Below, piece after piece: positions 8,936 to 18,523 of a stretch of 64,000 nt of DNA. The stretch spans positions 14,342-78,341 of the forward strand of contig CASIBH010000013.1 of the NCBI GenBank assembly GCA_949372805.1. The letters are read 5' to 3'. Position numbers and translations under genes: made by a program. The notes under the pieces were generated by a model, which saw nothing but the letters and a program-made list of their open reading frames with translations, made no database searches and was not told the DNA's origin. The DNA comes from an uncultured Flavobacteriales bacterium. Lineage in GTDB: Bacteria > Bacteroidota > Bacteroidia > Flavobacteriales > BACL11. Positions within the stretch are counted from its first letter, which is position 1; each line of letters begins with the position of its first letter.

Positions 8936-10825
8936 TTAGCTTAGGCCTCTACCAATTTTTGATGCAATTTTTTTCTTTATCTCAATAAGATTTTTTAAAA
9001 GACTAATATCATCAATTGTTATTTCCCCAGATTTCATCTTGTTTTGAATAGCCTCAATATTAAATTCAATATGTTGAAGTTTTAAGGACAATATAGCTTT
9101 TTCAGCTGTTTTCTTTAAATTGTTTTTTTCAACGCCAGTATATATTTTATGTCTTTTTACCCAATTATCACTTATAACATGCTCATTACTTATTAAATCT
9201 ATAGTTAATTTATTTATTTCATGATTTTCATGATTTACAAAATCATTATGTTTGATTTCAGTATCTGCTAAAATTATTTTTTCTAATTTATTGAACATTA
9301 AATTATATAATTTATCTTGGATACTAATACTATCTGCCTGTAACTCTTCAATTATAAACTTACCCACAGTCATTTTTTCATTATTAAATTCTAGTTCCTC
9401 GTTGCCGTAATTTATTATAATTCTAATGATTTCTTTTTCAGAATTAATAATTTTACTGTTTTTAGATACAATAGTTTCTTTATTAGGTTTTTCCTCTACA
9501 CCTTTATTCCTAATGTTAGAATTTCCTTTTTTCCTATTTTGATCAATATCTCTTAATAGTACACTTTCTTTGACATCTAATATTTTACTGCATATTTTAC
9601 AGTACTCAGTTCTTGTAAGGTAGTCTGGAATTAAAGCAATTGATTCAATTATCTCTTTAATAATTTCAACACGTTTCATTGGATCTTTTTCACTTTCAGA
9701 AAATAGAATTGAAGTTTTATATGTTATGAAATCTTTAGAATTATTTTTTAGAAATAATTTAAAATCATCGGATGATAAAGTTTTAGAAAATGAATCAGGA
9801 TCATGCTTGTCTGGAAATGGAATTACTTTTACATTCATACCTTCTTTCAAGATCATATCAACACCTCTAAATGAAGCTTTAATGCCAGCAGAATCTCCAT
9901 CAAATAAGATAGTTATATTTTTTGTAAATCTACTTATAAGCTTTACTTGTTCAGTTGTAAGAGATGTTCCAGAAGCAGAAACAACATTTTCTATTCCTTT
10001 TTGATGCATTGCAATTACATCTGTATAGCCTTCTACAATATAACAATTATCTAATTTACTTATTTGGTTTTTAGCAAAGAAGATCCCGTATAGAACTTTA
10101 CTTTTATTGTAAATTGATGATTCTGGAGAGTTTTGATATTTCGCTTTAGCATTTTTATTTAAAGCTCTACCTCCAAAGCCTAAAATTCTTCCTGAAAAAC
10201 TATGTATAGGGAACATGACTCGATCTTTGAATCTATCTACAATTACCTTATCACTAACTTTAAATCCTAATCCTGATTTAAGAAAATATTCTTTAGAAAA
10301 TGAATTTTTTATAGTTGCATTATAGAGAGCACTTTGATTTTTAGGACTATATCCAAGTTCAAATTTCTTGATTATTTCCTCGTTAAAACCTCTTTCTCTA
10401 AAATATGATAGTCCAATATTTTGACCTTCTTCTTTTTCCCAAAGAGATTTTATGAAAAAAGTATTTGCAAATGTTGATAGAATATATAGGCTATCTTTTT
10501 CATTAGCAATTTGGGTCTGTTCAGAAGTCATTTCTTCTTCTTCAACCTCAATGTTATATTTTTTAGCTAAGTATTTTAGTGCTTCAGGATAATTGTAATG
10601 CTCTTTGTCCATTAAGAAGCTTACACTATTACCTCCTTCTCCACAACCAAAGCATTTATAAATACCTTTAGTTGGAGAGACTGTAAATGAAGGTGTTTTT
10701 TCATTGTGAAATGGGCATAGCCCCAATAAATTAACTCCTCTCTTTTTTAATGTAATAAAGTCTCCGACAACTTCCTCTATTTTGACAGTTTCAAAAATTT
10801 CATCAATTGTATGTTTTGGTATCAT
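8936..10825 (-). CDS. dnaG: DNA primase
   Basis: Zinc finger CPFHNEKTPSFTV...CFGCGEGG and TOPRIM motifs (VEGYTDV, DGDSAG). Confidence 0.9.
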   Translation of the reverse strand: MIPKHTIDEIFETVKIEEVVGDFITLKKRGVNLLGLCPFHNEKTPSFTVSPTKGIYKCFGCGEGGNSVSFLMDKEHYNYPEALKYLAKKYNIEVEEEEMTSEQTQIANEKDSLYILSTFANTFFIKSLWEKEEGQNIGLSYFRERGFNEEIIKKFELGYSPKNQSALYNATIKNSFSKEYFLKSGLGFKVSDKVIVDRFKDRVMFPIHSFSGRILGFGGRALNKNAKAKYQNSPESSIYNKSKVLYGIFFAKNQISKLDNCYIVEGYTDVIAMHQKGIENVVSASGTSLTTEQVKLISRFTKNITILFDGDSAGIKASFRGVDMILKEGMNVKVIPFPDKHDPDSFSKTLSSDDFKLFLKNNSKDFITYKTSILFSESEKDPMKRVEIIKEIIESIALIPDYLTRTEYCKICSKILDVKESVLLRDIDQNRKKGNSNIRNKGVEEKPNKETIVSKNSKIINSEKEIIRIIINYGNEELEFNNEKMTVGKFIIEELQADSISIQDKLYNLMFNKLEKIILADTEIKHNDFVNHENHEINKLTIDLISNEHVISDNWVKRHKIYTGVEKNNLKKTAEKAILSLKLQHIEFNIEAIQNKMKSGEITIDDISLLKNLIEIKKKIASKIGRGLS

Positions 10826-11796
10826 TTTTTCCTATTTACAACATAATCCATTAGTAAATGTAATGATTTTACTGCATCATTTTGCTCGAGTTTATTTAAA
10901 ATCTCTTTCCCCTTTTTATAATAGGTTTTCATTTTTTCTTCAGCATAAATTAGCCCCCCTTCATCTTTGACAATATTTATAATTTTAGTGATTTTGATTT
11001 GATTTTTACTGTCATTTTTTATGGTATTAATAATAAATTTATTGGTTTTTTTATCTACTTTATTTAAAGTATATATAAGAGGAAGAGTCATTTTTTTTTC
11101 TCTAATGTCTAAGCCTGTTGGCTTACCAATTATTGGACTTTGTGTATAGTCAAATAAATCATCCTTTATTTGGAACGCAATACCAGCATTTTCACCGAAT
11201 AATCGCATTGACTCAATATTATCTGTAGTTGTATTAATTGAGCTGGCACCGCTTTCACAACAAGCAGCAATCAATGTTGCTGTTTTCTTTCGAATTATTT
11301 CAAAATAGATTTCTTCGGTAATATTTAACCTTCTTGTTTTTTCTATTTGCAACAACTCACCTTCGCTCATTTCTTTTACAGCCCGACTTACAATTTTTAA
11401 TAATTGAAACTCTTCTTTTTCTACAGCAAGCAGTAGCCCTCTTGACAAAAGAAAATCACCAACAAGAACTGCAATCTTGTTTTTCCAAAGAGCATTTATA
11501 GAAAAAAAACCTCTTCTAAAGTTTGACTCATCAATTACATCATCATGAACTAATGTTGCAGTATGTAATAACTCGATCATTGATGCTGCATTATAGGTGC
11601 TGTCAGTAATTTTGTCAAATGATTTTGCGCATAAAAAAACAAACATTGGTCTCATTTGCTTGCCTTTTCTTTTTATAATATAGTGCATTATTTTATCAAG
11701 AAGCGAAACATTGGTTTTTAATGATTCCTTAAACTTCTCTTCAAACAAGCTCATTTCTAACTTAATTGGAGATTTTATCTTATTAATTGTAGACAT
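10822..11796 (-). CDS. polyprenyl diphosphate synthase (trans-IPPS, long-chain type)
   Basis: Two Asp-rich motifs (LVHDDVIDES and FQIKDDLFD). 4-nt overlap with dnaG. Confidence 0.85.
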   Translation of the reverse strand: MSTINKIKSPIKLEMSLFEEKFKESLKTNVSLLDKIMHYIIKRKGKQMRPMFVFLCAKSFDKITDSTYNAASMIELLHTATLVHDDVIDESNFRRGFFSINALWKNKIAVLVGDFLLSRGLLLAVEKEEFQLLKIVSRAVKEMSEGELLQIEKTRRLNITEEIYFEIIRKKTATLIAACCESGASSINTTTDNIESMRLFGENAGIAFQIKDDLFDYTQSPIIGKPTGLDIREKKMTLPLIYTLNKVDKKTNKFIINTIKNDSKNQIKITKIINIVKDEGGLIYAEEKMKTYYKKGKEILNKLEQNDAVKSLHLLMDYVVNRKK

Positions 11797-11858
11797 GATT
11801 TACTAGAAATATTTTAGGCTAATATACAAACTTTACTAGAGGCAATTTGTGGGGTTAC

Positions 11859-12899
11859 TTATTTTAATTTGTTTACTAATTGCCCACATGCCGCATTGAT
11901 ATCTTTACCTTTACTTTTTCTAAGGTTAACAATTACATTTTTACTTTCTAGAAAATTAATAAAATCATTAGTTTTTTTATTTGATGATTTTGTGTATTCT
12001 AAATCATCAACCGTGTTATATTCAATTAAATTTATTTTACATGGACTGATTTTTGAGAACTTTACAAGCTCATGTGCATCTTCAATACTATCATTAATAT
12101 TATTTAACAAGATATATTCATATGTTATTCTAGAGCCTGTTTTATCATGGAAATATCTAATAGAATCTTGTAATTTTTCTAGAGGAATAGCTCTATTTAT
12201 TGGCATCAACTCTTCTCTAGTATTGTTTTGCGCTGAATGCAAGCTAATAGCTAGATGAAATTTCACATTATCATCAGCAAGTTTAGTTATCATCTTACTA
12301 ATTCCAGCCGTTGAGACAGTAATTCTTTTTGCTGATATTGCTAGACCTTCTTCTGTGGTGATAAGGTTAATTCCTTTTAAAAGATTATCGTAATTTAATA
12401 ATGGCTCTCCCATTCCCATAAATACAATATTACTTAATGATCTCCCAAAATTTAACTGAGCTTCTTCATTTAAGATAAATACTTGATCATATATTTCGCT
12501 GTAGCTTAAGTTTCTTTCAAGCTTTAAAGTTCCAGTTGCACAGAAATTACAAGCTAAACTGCACCCTACTTGAGAAGATACACATGCGGTTAATCTTTTT
12601 TTTGATGGAATTAACACTCCTTCGACCAAATTATTATCATGTAGCTTTAGGCTATATTTTGCTGTTCCATCTATGCTTTTTTCAGCTTTATGAATTTTAA
12701 CAGCATTAATAACAAAATGTTCATTTAAAAGTCTTCTAAGTTCTTTTGATAGTGAAGTCATTTCTTCAAATGATATAGCTCTTTTTTTCCAAAGCCACTC
12801 TGATACCTGCTTAGCTCTAAATTTTGGAATTTTTCTAGCATTAAAGAATTCTGCCAACTCTTCTTTATCAATATTTCTAATGTCTCTTTTTGTATTCAT
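11859..12899 (-). CDS. rlmN: 23S rRNA/tRNA (adenine-C2)-methyltransferase RlmN (radical SAM)
   Basis: Radical-SAM cluster motif CSLACNFCATG and an N-terminus MNTKRDIRNIDKEEL like other flavobacterial RlmN. I prefer ATG 12899 over the track start at 12932, which would touch the divergent gene, but this choice is uncertain. Confidence 0.85.
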   Translation of the reverse strand: MNTKRDIRNIDKEELAEFFNARKIPKFRAKQVSEWLWKKRAISFEEMTSLSKELRRLLNEHFVINAVKIHKAEKSIDGTAKYSLKLHDNNLVEGVLIPSKKRLTACVSSQVGCSLACNFCATGTLKLERNLSYSEIYDQVFILNEEAQLNFGRSLSNIVFMGMGEPLLNYDNLLKGINLITTEEGLAISAKRITVSTAGISKMITKLADDNVKFHLAISLHSAQNNTREELMPINRAIPLEKLQDSIRYFHDKTGSRITYEYILLNNINDSIEDAHELVKFSKISPCKINLIEYNTVDDLEYTKSSNKKTNDFINFLESKNVIVNLRKSKGKDINAACGQLVNKLK

Positions 12900-12915
12900 T
12901 ATCTTTGCAAAGATA
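12900..12915. promoter_or_regulatory. perfect 16-bp palindrome TATCTTTGCAAAGATA, equal to two back-to-back TAnnTTTG -7 boxes
   Basis: Read directly. TATCTTTG occurs on both strands in the 32-nt gap between divergent rlmN and the amidohydrolase gene. The plus-strand box is 24 nt upstream of ATG 12932. Confidence 0.4.
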
Positions 12916-12931
12916 TATTTACTTTTGACCA

Positions 12932-14065
12932 ATGCGTTTTTTACAAGCTGATTATTTATTTCCTATTTATTTGCCACCAATAAAGAATGGTGTTTTGCAA
13001 ATTAATCTTGACGGTATGGTTATTGCTATACATGAAGAAAATACACTATCAGGTGTGGATATAGAAAAGTTTAGCGGTATATTATGTCCAGGATTTATTA
13101 ATGCACATTGTCACTTAGAATTAAGTCATTTATTTAATTGTATTTCGCCAAATCTTGGATTAATTAATTTCATAAAAAAAATTAGTGGCCGATCTAAAAC
13201 CTCTCAAAGTATAATCGCAAATAAAATTATAGATGCTGAAAATCAGATGATTAAAAATGGTATTGTTGGAGTTGGAGATATATGTAATACTAATGATACT
13301 TTATTCATAAAAAAGGATAAAAATATTGCTTATTATAATTTTATTGAAACATTTCAGGTCCATGAAAAAAAGTTTGAGAATACTATCAATAATAGTGTTA
13401 AAATAAGAAATCAATTTAGGTTTCATAATTTAAAAGCTACTATCGTTCCGCACTCCCCTTATAGTGTTCCCCCTGCATTAATGAAAATTATATATGAATT
13501 AATTGATGATTCAAGCGATGTTATTTCAATTCATAATCAAGAAACCAAAGATGAGAATATAATGTTTCATTCAAAAGATGGAGAAATAATTAAATGGTTA
13601 TTAAGCTTAGGTGCTTCAACAACAATTTGGGAAAACATTTCTCAATCTAAAGATGTTTTGTTGAATATTTCTAGCCAAAAACATTTATTAGTACATAATA
13701 CATTTATGAGTAAAGATGATCTAATGGACGTATATTATTGCACATGCCCAAAAGCAAATATATATATTGAAGGGACTACTCCGGACTATTCTTTTTTTAA
13801 CCTTGAAAAATTATGTGTTGGAACAGATAGCCTTGCCTCCAACTCAAGTCTTTCAATTATAGAAGAACTTTTTTGTATTCAAGAAAATTCAGATTTTGAT
13901 CTAAATTCATTATTAAAAATTGGTAGTAAAAATGGTGCTGATTGTTTAGGCTTTACATCATTAGGGACCTTTGAAAATGGAAAGGTTCCGGGAATTAATC
14001 TGCTACAAAACATAGATTTTAATATGAAAATAACAACAGAAACAACAGTAAAAAGAATTATTTAG
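12932..14065 (+). CDS. metal-dependent amidohydrolase family protein (chlorohydrolase/deaminase-like)
   Basis: HxH metal motif in PGFINAHCHLELS, and the later HN and D residues fit the amidohydrolase superfamily. The substrate cannot be read from the sequence. Confidence 0.6.
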   Translation: MRFLQADYLFPIYLPPIKNGVLQINLDGMVIAIHEENTLSGVDIEKFSGILCPGFINAHCHLELSHLFNCISPNLGLINFIKKISGRSKTSQSIIANKIIDAENQMIKNGIVGVGDICNTNDTLFIKKDKNIAYYNFIETFQVHEKKFENTINNSVKIRNQFRFHNLKATIVPHSPYSVPPALMKIIYELIDDSSDVISIHNQETKDENIMFHSKDGEIIKWLLSLGASTTIWENISQSKDVLLNISSQKHLLVHNTFMSKDDLMDVYYCTCPKANIYIEGTTPDYSFFNLEKLCVGTDSLASNSSLSIIEELFCIQENSDFDLNSLLKIGSKNGADCLGFTSLGTFENGKVPGINLLQNIDFNMKITTETTVKRII

Positions 14066-14715
14066 CTGAGCAGGTTTTCTGCAATTACAAGATCTTGCTT
14101 AGTAGTAATTTTGATATTTTGCTCTTCACCATCAAGCATAGATATTTTGCCATTATTTTTTTCAAATACTGATGCATCATCAGAAAATTTATTGGATGTT
14201 GCTGAAGAATATGCCGCAATAATTTCATTGCTAAGAAAGCACTGAGGGGTCTGTACGGACACTATAGAATCTCTATCTAAGTAGTAGTTATTATGTTTGT
14301 CAATTTTCCGTAATGATTCTTTTATTGCCATAACAGGTATAATTCCTGTGCCTGACACTACTTCTTGACATAATTTATTTATTAATAACTTTGTTATTAA
14401 TGGACGCACCCCATCATGAATTGCGACAATACAATTTTTAGTAATATTTTCTAGTCCTCGTTTAACTGATTCGTATCTATTTGAACCTCCTTGAACAAGC
14501 GTATGTTGAACAGAAAAATGAAATTTTTTACATAAATTTCTCCACTCACTAAATTGATCTATTGGAAGAACTAATATTATATTTTTGAAATCTGAGAACT
14601 TATTTATTGTATGCATTAACACAGGAAGATCTCTTAAGATTAGAAATTGCTTAGGTGTGCTAGTTTGCATCCTTAACCCTTTTCCGCCAGCTACTATTAA
14701 AGCCGTTCTATCCAT
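14062..14715 (-). CDS. ispD: 2-C-methyl-D-erythritol 4-phosphate cytidylyltransferase
   Basis: N-terminal ALIVAGGKGLRM motif; length and overall pattern fit IspD. Confidence 0.85.
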   Translation of the reverse strand: MDRTALIVAGGKGLRMQTSTPKQFLILRDLPVLMHTINKFSDFKNIILVLPIDQFSEWRNLCKKFHFSVQHTLVQGGSNRYESVKRGLENITKNCIVAIHDGVRPLITKLLINKLCQEVVSGTGIIPVMAIKESLRKIDKHNNYYLDRDSIVSVQTPQCFLSNEIIAAYSSATSNKFSDDASVFEKNNGKISMLDGEEQNIKITTKQDLVIAENLLS

Positions 14716-15771
14716 TTAGATTATTAGCATAGCATCTCCGTAAGTATGAAATTTGTATTTTTTCTTGACAGCTTCTTTATAAGCCTTCATTAGTAAATCA
14801 TATCCTGCAAAAGCTGAAACTTGCATCATTAGAGAGGATTTTGGTAAATGAAAATTAGTTAGCATACAATTTGCAATTTGAAAATTATGAGGAGGAAATA
14901 TAAATAGATTGGTCCAGCCGTCGTAAGGTATAACCATTTTTTTTGTTGAGACACTACTCTCAAGTGTCCTCATGACTGTCGTTCCTACGGCACAAATTCT
15001 TTTATTTTCCTCTTTGGCATTATTGATCTTTAATGCTGCCTCTTCATTGATTTTCATTTGTTCAGACTCCATTTTATGTTTGGATAAATCTTCAACCATT
15101 ATAGGGGCAAAAGTGCCTAAACCAACATGTAATGTTGTTTCGGAAAATTCTACACCTTTGATTTGCATTTTTAGCATTTGTTTTTTACTAAAGTGAAGCC
15201 CAGCAGTTGGTGCTGCTACTGCTCCTTCATGTTTAGCATAAATAGTTTGGTATCTTTCTGTGTCTTGGGTTGTTGGTTCTCTTTTAATAAATCTTGGAAG
15301 TGGTGTGCTTCCCAGTGAGTTTAATGTTTCTTTAAATTCTTCATGAGTACCATCATATAAAAATCTTAATGTTCTTCCTCTGGAAGTTGTATTGTCAATT
15401 ACTTCAGCTATAAGCTCATCATTTTCACCAAAAAACAATTTATTTCCAATTCTAATTTTTCTTGCAGGATCAACTAAGACATCCCAAAGCCTATTTTGCT
15501 GGTTTAGTTCTCTAAGTAAAAATACTTCAATCTTTGCGCCAGTTTTTTCTTTGTTTGCGTATAATCTTGCAGGAAACACTTTTGTATTGTTAAGACATAT
15601 CATATCACCATTTTCAAAATAGTCAATTAGATCGCCAACTTTTTTATGCTCAATATCTCCAGTTTCTTTGTTTACTACCATTAGTTTAGATTCATCTCTA
15701 CTTTTCGCTGGTGTATCTGTAACCAACTTTTCAGGTAAATCAAAGTTGAACATTGACAATTTGTATTTCAT
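14716..15771 (-). CDS. queA: S-adenosylmethionine:tRNA ribosyltransferase-isomerase
   Basis: [17 protein letters not shown]-terminus and [13 protein letters not shown] motif. The track ORF extends to 15825, but a consensus -7 box sits inside that extension, so I start at ATG 15771. Confidence 0.9.
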   Translation of the reverse strand: MKYKLSMFNFDLPEKLVTDTPAKSRDESKLMVVNKETGDIEHKKVGDLIDYFENGDMICLNNTKVFPARLYANKEKTGAKIEVFLLRELNQQNRLWDVLVDPARKIRIGNKLFFGENDELIAEVIDNTTSRGRTLRFLYDGTHEEFKETLNSLGSTPLPRFIKREPTTQDTERYQTIYAKHEGAVAAPTAGLHFSKKQMLKMQIKGVEFSETTLHVGLGTFAPIMVEDLSKHKMESEQMKINEEAALKINNAKEENKRICAVGTTVMRTLESSVSTKKMVIPYDGWTNLFIFPPHNFQIANCMLTNFHLPKSSLMMQVSAFAGYDLLMKAYKEAVKKKYKFHTYGDAMLII

Positions 15772-15794
15772 AATGATTTTATTTTTAGGATTTG

Positions 15795-15802
15795 CAAATA
15801 TA
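15795..15802 (-). promoter_or_regulatory. -7 box TATATTTG (minus strand) for queA
   Basis: Plus-strand caaatata is TATATTTG on the minus strand, 23 nt upstream of ATG 15771. Confidence 0.45.
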
Positions 15803-15831
15803 ATACATTGCAAAGGCGATGTCAATAGTTT

Positions 15832-16542
15832 TTAGCTATTTAGTTTTTTTTCAAAATCTTCGATACTTAAAGATGATTTTAAATTAAATTCTCCAATATT
15901 TGTTCTAATAAGAGAAATTAAATGCGCTCCGTTATTTAGTTTCTTGCCTAAATCATGTGCAATTGATCTAATATACGTCCCCTTACTACAATTTATTTTT
16001 AGTCTAATCCTTGGTAATTCAGCCTCTATTATTTCTATTGAATTTATTATCACCTTTCTTGACTTGATAATTATTTTTTCGCCTCTTCTGGCTTTTTTGT
16101 ATAATCTTTCACCATCAACTTTTAATGCAGAATAAATTGGAGGTATTTGCTCTATCTCACCATTAAATTCTTGCAAATTATCCTGGATTTTTTTTAGTGT
16201 TATTGATTTGGTATCATAGGTTTTATCGATTTCTGTTTCTAAATCAAATGATGGTGTTGTAGCTCCAAATAATACATCTGCCACATAGGTTTTGTCTTGG
16301 TCTTGAATTTGAGATATTTTCTTTGTGAATTTACCAGTACATATTATCATGAGCCCTGATGCTAGCGGGTCTAATGTTCCAGCATGACCAACTTTTAGCT
16401 TCTTAAATTTATATTTTATCTTTAATAGATTTCTGATTTTTTTTACTAGATCAAATGAGGACCAACCTATTGGTTTATTAAATGTTAAGATTTTACCATT
16501 TAAAAATAATTCTGATGAAATTTCACTATCAAATTCGATCAT
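15832..16542 (-). CDS. truB: tRNA pseudouridine(55) synthase
   Basis: Catalytic motif GHAGTLDPLASG. Confidence 0.9.
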   Translation of the reverse strand: MIEFDSEISSELFLNGKILTFNKPIGWSSFDLVKKIRNLLKIKYKFKKLKVGHAGTLDPLASGLMIICTGKFTKKISQIQDQDKTYVADVLFGATTPSFDLETEIDKTYDTKSITLKKIQDNLQEFNGEIEQIPPIYSALKVDGERLYKKARRGEKIIIKSRKVIINSIEIIEAELPRIRLKINCSKGTYIRSIAHDLGKKLNNGAHLISLIRTNIGEFNLKSSLSIEDFEKKLNS

Positions 16543-17334
16543 TTATATACTAGAGATAATTATTGCACATAAACCAGCGATAAAACAATAAATTGAAAAG
16601 TACTTTAGTTTGCTGTTTTTCACAATCTTAATCATCCATTTGCATGCAAAAATACCAGTTATAAATGCTGCTAAAAAACCAGCTGAAAGCTCTAATACAG
16701 CAGCATTAGCAAATAGATCGCCTCCGTCAAATAAGTCTTTTAATATTTTACCAATTATTAATGGCACAACCATTAAAAATGAAAACTTTGCAGCCTTTTC
16801 TTTATCAACCCCAAGCAAGACAGCTGTTGAGATTGTTGCGCCAGATCTTGATATTCCAGGTATTATTGCGATAGCTTGAGATAACCCTATAATAATTGCA
16901 TCTATAAAATTTACTTTTTTATTTGTTGTCTTTGCTTTATCAGCAAGAAATAAAATAGCACCAGTTAATAATAGCATTAGCCCAACAAATGAAATTTGAT
17001 TATTAAATAAGCTCTCCATTTCATCACTAAACACTAATCCAACAATTGTTGCGGGAATCATTGATAAAATAATTTTGATAGAAAACTGAAAATCTTCTTT
17101 ACATCTCTTAAAAAAAATACCCTTAAAGATATCTGTAATTTCATTTCTGAAAATTACAATTGTACTTAACGCTGTAGCAAAATGTAATACAACTGTCATT
17201 AAGAGACTTTGACTAGCCACTTGTTTGTTCCCGAGTATTGTTTTCATTATTTCTAAATGACCACTACTACTAACAGGAAGGAACTCTGTAAGTCCCTGTA
17301 TGATCCCTAATAAGATTGCGTGAAGAATCTCCAC
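16543..17334 (-). CDS. uppP: undecaprenyl-diphosphate phosphatase
   Basis: GLTEFLPVSSSGHL and PGISRSGATI motifs in a polytopic membrane protein. GTG start. Confidence 0.9.
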   Translation of the reverse strand: MEILHAILLGIIQGLTEFLPVSSSGHLEIMKTILGNKQVASQSLLMTVVLHFATALSTIVIFRNEITDIFKGIFFKRCKEDFQFSIKIILSMIPATIVGLVFSDEMESLFNNQISFVGLMLLLTGAILFLADKAKTTNKKVNFIDAIIIGLSQAIAIIPGISRSGATISTAVLLGVDKEKAAKFSFLMVVPLIIGKILKDLFDGGDLFANAAVLELSAGFLAAFITGIFACKWMIKIVKNSKLKYFSIYCFIAGLCAIIISSI

Positions 17335-17340
17335 AGAAAT

Positions 17341-17559
17341 TTATTTTTTTGGTTGGTACATAATGGCGAAAATTTCTATAACAAATCCTATAACGATTAG
17401 TATTGGAGCCAATGTAAGTCTTCTGAAATTAAATATTTCATAAGAGAATTCATTTTGATTTTCAGAGCCTCCGCCAATCATTAGTATTAGTCCGGTTGCT
17501 ATAAAAAGGACGCCTAAAATTAATAGAAGATAATTTTTTTGTTTGAATACGAATTTCAT
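17341..17559 (-). CDS. DUF3098-like small two-helix membrane protein
   Basis: 72 aa with two hydrophobic helices. It sits in the FtsX - small membrane protein - UppP arrangement I recall for Flavobacteriia. Confidence 0.5.
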   Translation of the reverse strand: MKFVFKQKNYLLLILGVLFIATGLILMIGGGSENQNEFSYEIFNFRRLTLAPILIVIGFVIEIFAIMYQPKK

Positions 17560-17564
17560 TTTTT

Positions 17565-18443
17565 TTAGTTGTAAAGTTCACTTTCTGACACATTAATAAA
17601 TTTTTTGACTGCAAAGTATGTAGATAGGCTGCTAAGTATTATTCCAATTATAAATATAAGTATAAAAACAAGACCAATGATTTTTAAATCTGTAATGTTT
17701 AGTAAGCTGGCTGTCTCTGTTTGTACTAATTGAATTGAACCCATTAGCATGAAAATAGCAAAAATTGCACTATACATTCCTTGATATATCCCGTCTAAAA
17801 TAAAAGGCTTTTGAATAAAGCTGTTTTTTGCTCCTACAAGTCTCATTGTTTTAATTAAAAATCTTTTTGAGTACACTGAAAGTCTAATTGTATTATTTAT
17901 TAATGCAAAAGCAATAAAAAATAATATGATGCAAAATGTCAGTAAAAAAAGGGATAGTTTTTTGACATTATTATTGATTTTACTTATAAGATTTTTTTGA
18001 TAATAAATCTCGTGAACTAGACTATTCTTAATTAGATTATTTGAAATTACTGAAAGACTATCATTATTTGAGTAATCAGGACTTAGTTTAACATCAATAG
18101 AAGCAAGTATTGGGTTGAAACCTAAAAAATCTACAAATTCTTCTCCAAGATCAGATTCTAATTCAGACGTTGCAACTTCTTTGGAAATAAATGAGGTTGA
18201 TTTTGTAAAAGGCATTGCATCAATTGATTTATTAAATTTCTTTATTTCAAATTGATTTGTATTTTCTTTTATCATAATAGAGAACCCAACATTCTCCTTA
18301 ATATAGTTGGAAAGTTTCTGCGCATTTATTAACACTAAAGATAATAGTCCAACAACAAATAACACAAGAGATAAGCTTATAATAACAGATGTAGAGGAAG
18401 AAATTATTTTTCTATTAAGATTTTTGTTTTTACTTTTATTCAT
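17565..18443 (-). CDS. ftsX: FtsX-like cell-division permease
   Basis: 292 aa with one N-terminal helix, a large external loop and three C-terminal helices (FtsX topology). Confidence 0.7.
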   Translation of the reverse strand: MNKSKNKNLNRKIISSSTSVIISLSLVLFVVGLLSLVLINAQKLSNYIKENVGFSIMIKENTNQFEIKKFNKSIDAMPFTKSTSFISKEVATSELESDLGEEFVDFLGFNPILASIDVKLSPDYSNNDSLSVISNNLIKNSLVHEIYYQKNLISKINNNVKKLSLFLLTFCIILFFIAFALINNTIRLSVYSKRFLIKTMRLVGAKNSFIQKPFILDGIYQGMYSAIFAIFMLMGSIQLVQTETASLLNITDLKIIGLVFILIFIIGIILSSLSTYFAVKKFINVSESELYN

Positions 18444-18491
18444 TCTAATGGCTAAAATATAAAAATACTATAAAGATTAGTTTGTATTGAT

Positions 18492-18499
18492 TAAATTTG
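18492..18499 (+). promoter_or_regulatory. -7 box TAAATTTG for leuS
   Basis: Exact TAnnTTTG match 24 nt upstream of ATG 18524. Confidence 0.4.
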
Positions 18500-18523
18500 T
18501 GTCGCATAGATTAAAAAATATTG

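Noticed and set aside
11869-12258. Long antisense ORFs in the track: 11869..12258 opposite rlmN, 42073..42432 opposite pyrC, 9726..10004 opposite dnaG, 16610..16879 opposite uppP, 44423..44882 opposite acs, and others.
   Set aside because: Each lies fully inside a gene with strong family motifs on the other strand. Their products are low-complexity (Phe/Ile/Leu/Ser-rich) with no recognisable motifs. Open antisense frames are expected opposite AT-rich coding sequence.
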